Source of the DNA: Gemmatales bacterium | GTDB lineage: Bacteria; Planctomycetota; Planctomycetia; Gemmatales; HRBIN36 | Assembly: GCA_041640595.1 (NCBI GenBank) | Contig: JBEPZY010000005.1 | Location: 192,001 to 256,000 of the forward strand | DNA length: 64,000 nt | Direction of reading: 5' to 3' | In this document: piece after piece, positions 61,396 to 64,000 of the stretch | How positions within the stretch are numbered: the first letter of the stretch is position 1 | Layout of the letters: every line of letters starts with the position of its first letter | Position numbers and translations under genes: made by a program | The notes under the pieces: model-generated | What the model saw: the letters and a program-made list of their open reading frames with translations, nothing else | The model's database searches: none | Told to the model about the DNA's origin: nothing

Positions 61396-62604
61396 ATGAC
61401 GCCACACGTTTACCGATTGCTGCAAGGCTTCCGGGCAGACCTTCCGATTGAGCAAGCGGAGAGTATTCCCGCCAGCTGGTACACCGATACCGAGTTAGCG
61501 AACTGGGAACGGGATACGGTGTTTGCCCGGCACTGGCTGGTAGCTGGTCGGTCGGATCAGGTAGCCAAAGCTGGCGCTTATTTCACTGCGGAAATTGCGG
61601 GCCGGCCTGTTGTAGTGGTACGGGGGGAGGATGGAGTGTTGCGAGCCTTTTATAACGTTTGCCGACACCGTGCCGCTCGTGTGGCCGTCGGCGAGCAGGG
61701 AGTCGCAGACCGTTTTCGTTGCCGCTATCACGGCTGGACCTATGACCTGGCTGGCCAGCTGCGTGGCGTGCCCGAATTTGCGGGCGTGGAGAACTTCTGT
61801 CGTGAAGAAAACGGGCTGGTGCCCATTCAGGTAGCAGAATGGCCGCCGCTGGTCTTTGTCCATTTCGGTCAGCCTCACATCTCTTTGCAGGAGTACCTGG
61901 CCCCGATGCCAGAACGTTTGCGCATTTTCCATCTCGAAAAACTCCGCTTTGTAGCCCGCCGCGTGTATGATTTGGCGTGCAACTGGAAGGTCTTTGTTGA
62001 TAACTACCTCGATGGCGGCTACCACGTGCCGACCTTGCATCGGTCGCTGGCCCCGCTGCTGGATTACCAGCATTACGTAACCGAGACTTTCGCTTACTGC
62101 AGCCTGCAGAGCAGTCCGATGCGACAGCCGGATGCTCAGCGGGAAGATACCAGCGCTGCAGCAGTGCGAAAAGGAGAGCTGGCGGCTTACTGGTGGCTTT
62201 ATCCCAACTTCATGCTCAACGCCTACGAGGGCTACATGGACACCAATCTGGTCTTGCCACTAAGCGTGGAGCGTTGTCGGGTTATTTTTGATTTTTATTT
62301 TGCCGAGCCGCAAGACCCCTCCCAGGCGGAACGGTGGTACGCGGAAAGTATTGCGGTAGCTGACCGGGTGCAGCAGGAAGACGCGGAGATCTGCGAAGAA
62401 GTACAACGCGGTCTGACCAGTGGCATCTATCAAACCGGCCGATACAGTGTTCGTCGGGAAAATGGCATTTACCATTTCCATCGCCTGCTGGCTGCGGATT
62501 TGCAACGCGAGCCAGCATCCGCACCCGTCTCGGCAACCCTCAGGCTATCTTCCGGGGAAATCAACCAACCCGACAGTGCAACCGAATCGGCATCGAAGCG
62601 ATAG
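61396..62604 (+). CDS. Rieske non-heme iron oxygenase alpha subunit (choline monooxygenase-like)
   Basis: Rieske motif CRH..CRYHGW, mononuclear Fe motif NWK..DN..DGGYHVPTLH and QQED. Start placed behind an SD (GGAGG). Confidence 0.88.
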   Translation: MTPHVYRLLQGFRADLPIEQAESIPASWYTDTELANWERDTVFARHWLVAGRSDQVAKAGAYFTAEIAGRPVVVVRGEDGVLRAFYNVCRHRAARVAVGEQGVADRFRCRYHGWTYDLAGQLRGVPEFAGVENFCREENGLVPIQVAEWPPLVFVHFGQPHISLQEYLAPMPERLRIFHLEKLRFVARRVYDLACNWKVFVDNYLDGGYHVPTLHRSLAPLLDYQHYVTETFAYCSLQSSPMRQPDAQREDTSAAAVRKGELAAYWWLYPNFMLNAYEGYMDTNLVLPLSVERCRVIFDFYFAEPQDPSQAERWYAESIAVADRVQQEDAEICEEVQRGLTSGIYQTGRYSVRRENGIYHFHRLLAADLQREPASAPVSATLRLSSGEINQPDSATESASKR

Positions 62605-62619
62605 CTACGGAGCCTGGCA

Positions 62620-63033
62620 GTGAGCAATTACGAACCGCGATACCTGGCAGGGGTGCTTTTGTTCAACGACGGTGCATTTTTCGAGGCCCATGAAGTATGG
62701 GAAAGTTTGTGGCTGGAAAGTAGCGGGGAGGCCAAACGCTTTTACCAGGGTTTGATCCAGGCAGCGGTTTGCCTGTTGCATTTGAGCAATCGCAATTACC
62801 GAGGTGCGGCCCGGCTGTTTGAGTCCGCACGGAGTTATATGATGCCGTATCGTCCCGTTTATCTCGGCCTGGACATTGACGAGTTCTGGCAGCAGATGGA
62901 GCAAACCTGTCGAGCCTATCTGAACACACCCAATCCCCCGCGAGACGAACCTGGCAGTTACCCCCAGATCCAATTGCGACCGGAACCGGAGCACTGGCCC
63001 GAACCGGAAGATCTGCTTCCGGATTCAGAGTGA
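62620..63033 (+). CDS. DUF309 domain protein
   Basis: LFNxGxFFEAHEVWExLW and QGLIQxAV..H..N..GA. Confidence 0.9.
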   Translation: MSNYEPRYLAGVLLFNDGAFFEAHEVWESLWLESSGEAKRFYQGLIQAAVCLLHLSNRNYRGAARLFESARSYMMPYRPVYLGLDIDEFWQQMEQTCRAYLNTPNPPRDEPGSYPQIQLRPEPEHWPEPEDLLPDSE

Positions 63034-63091
63034 GCCAGGAGCAGTTGCAGCAAATAGAATACTTTCGCATCCAGGGTGCGAGGGTTGAGCG

Positions 63092-63808
63092 ATGAACGAA
63101 GGTTCGCTGCGAAATCCGGACGGGGTGGTGCGGCTTTTTCCATTGCCGAACGTGGTCTTGTTTCCCCATGCGATGCAACCCTTGCACATCTTCGAGCCGC
63201 GTTACATTCGATTGACGGAAGACACCCTGGCTGACGACGGTCTGATCACATTGGTGTTGCTCAAGCCCGGCTGGGAAGCTAATTACTGGGGACGCCCGCC
63301 GATTTACGATGTTGGATGCGTCGGCCGTATTCGTGAACACGAGCGTTTGCCCAATGGTCGCTACAATCTGGTCTTGCAGGGTTTATGCCGATTTCGCATC
63401 GAGAGCGAGATCGCGGCGACTACGCCCTATCGCCAGGCCAAGGGCTGGGCGATGCCTGATCCCGATATTGGTGTGGAGTGCCTGCAGCCTGCCGATAATC
63501 TCAGCCCACAGATGTTACTGAAGCGTGAAATACTGCGGGAACTCCGTTTGCGATTGACGCAGGAGCATCCGTTGTGGGAAATGCTGGAAACTCTGACGGA
63601 GCTACCGGTGCCCTTGGCCGTTACCTGCGACATGCTGGCCTTCGTGTTGCCTTTGGCGACGCGGGTCAAGCAACATCTCCTCGAAACCTTCGATGTGGAG
63701 CAGCGGGCTCAAGGTTTACTGCGGGCGGTGCGGCAATTGAAGTTACTGGAAACTTTGCCCATGCCGCGCGAAGCACCTCCCTTTCCTCCCTATTTCAGCC
63801 CCAATTAG
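63092..63808 (+). CDS. Stand-alone Lon N-terminal substrate-binding domain protein
   Basis: LFPLPNVVLFP..PLHIFEPRY, GCVGRI, GRYNLVLQGLCRFRI and KQxLLE. There is no ATPase or protease domain. Confidence 0.88.
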   Translation: MNEGSLRNPDGVVRLFPLPNVVLFPHAMQPLHIFEPRYIRLTEDTLADDGLITLVLLKPGWEANYWGRPPIYDVGCVGRIREHERLPNGRYNLVLQGLCRFRIESEIAATTPYRQAKGWAMPDPDIGVECLQPADNLSPQMLLKREILRELRLRLTQEHPLWEMLETLTELPVPLAVTCDMLAFVLPLATRVKQHLLETFDVEQRAQGLLRAVRQLKLLETLPMPREAPPFPPYFSPN

Positions 63809-63814
63809 GCCGGC

Positions 63815-64000
63815 ATGGAGCGACAGCTTCAGGGTAACTGGTACGATTTTCCGCAGTATTACGAAAGCTTTTTCCGCAAGGAAACTGCCCGAGAGGTGCA
63901 ATTTATCGAAAAAGTGCTCGAGCAGTTGGCTACCATTCCGGTCAAGACGCTGGTGGAGCTGGGCTGCGGAGGTGGCCGACTTTCGCTGGCGCTGGCGCGA
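63815..64000 (+). CDS. Class I SAM-dependent methyltransferase (runs off the window end)
   Basis: MERQLQGNWYDFPQYYE..TLVELGCGGGRLSLALAR contains SAM motif I. Confidence 0.8.
   Translation, partial: MERQLQGNWYDFPQYYESFFRKETAREVQFIEKVLEQLATIPVKTLVELGCGGGRLSLALAR

Overview
This 64 kb window is a gene-dense chromosomal segment from a planctomycete, probably Gemmataceae-like. The assignment is inferred from the PVC small basic signature protein, a TIGR03009-like protein, an LEPRxLL-type leader, zinc-ribbon/DUF4190 membrane proteins and an ECF sigma factor fused to a TM segment and beta-propeller. Most genes are housekeeping or metabolic: tig (partial), rfbA, rlmN, greA, rtcA, ilvD, fumC, glnE, polA, leuS, an amidase, GH57, GH5, an M16 peptidase and a Rieske oxygenase. 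There are also three sigma factors and two tRNAs (Gly-GCC, Lys-CTT). I found no integrase, transposase or cas gene. The best candidate for an undescribed system flanks tRNA-Lys. On the right is a 3-Cys MerR-family metal sensor, a MerR-type long-spacer promoter and an 81-aa membrane-anchored protein with two conserved YxCPLTGExLPCPQCCPL repeats (a possible metallothionein-like metal sponge). On the left is an archaeal-type protoglobin co-transcribed with a MarR regulator that has a Cys/His tail, preceded by a tandem palindromic operator. Other oddities are a perfect 30-bp repeat pair with a 36-bp spacer, tandem copies of gene 3' ends that keep their stop codons, an isomerase-aldolase double TIM-barrel fusion and candidate structured RNAs upstream of an unusual sigma-70. 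All calls come from motif recognition by eye; no searches were run.
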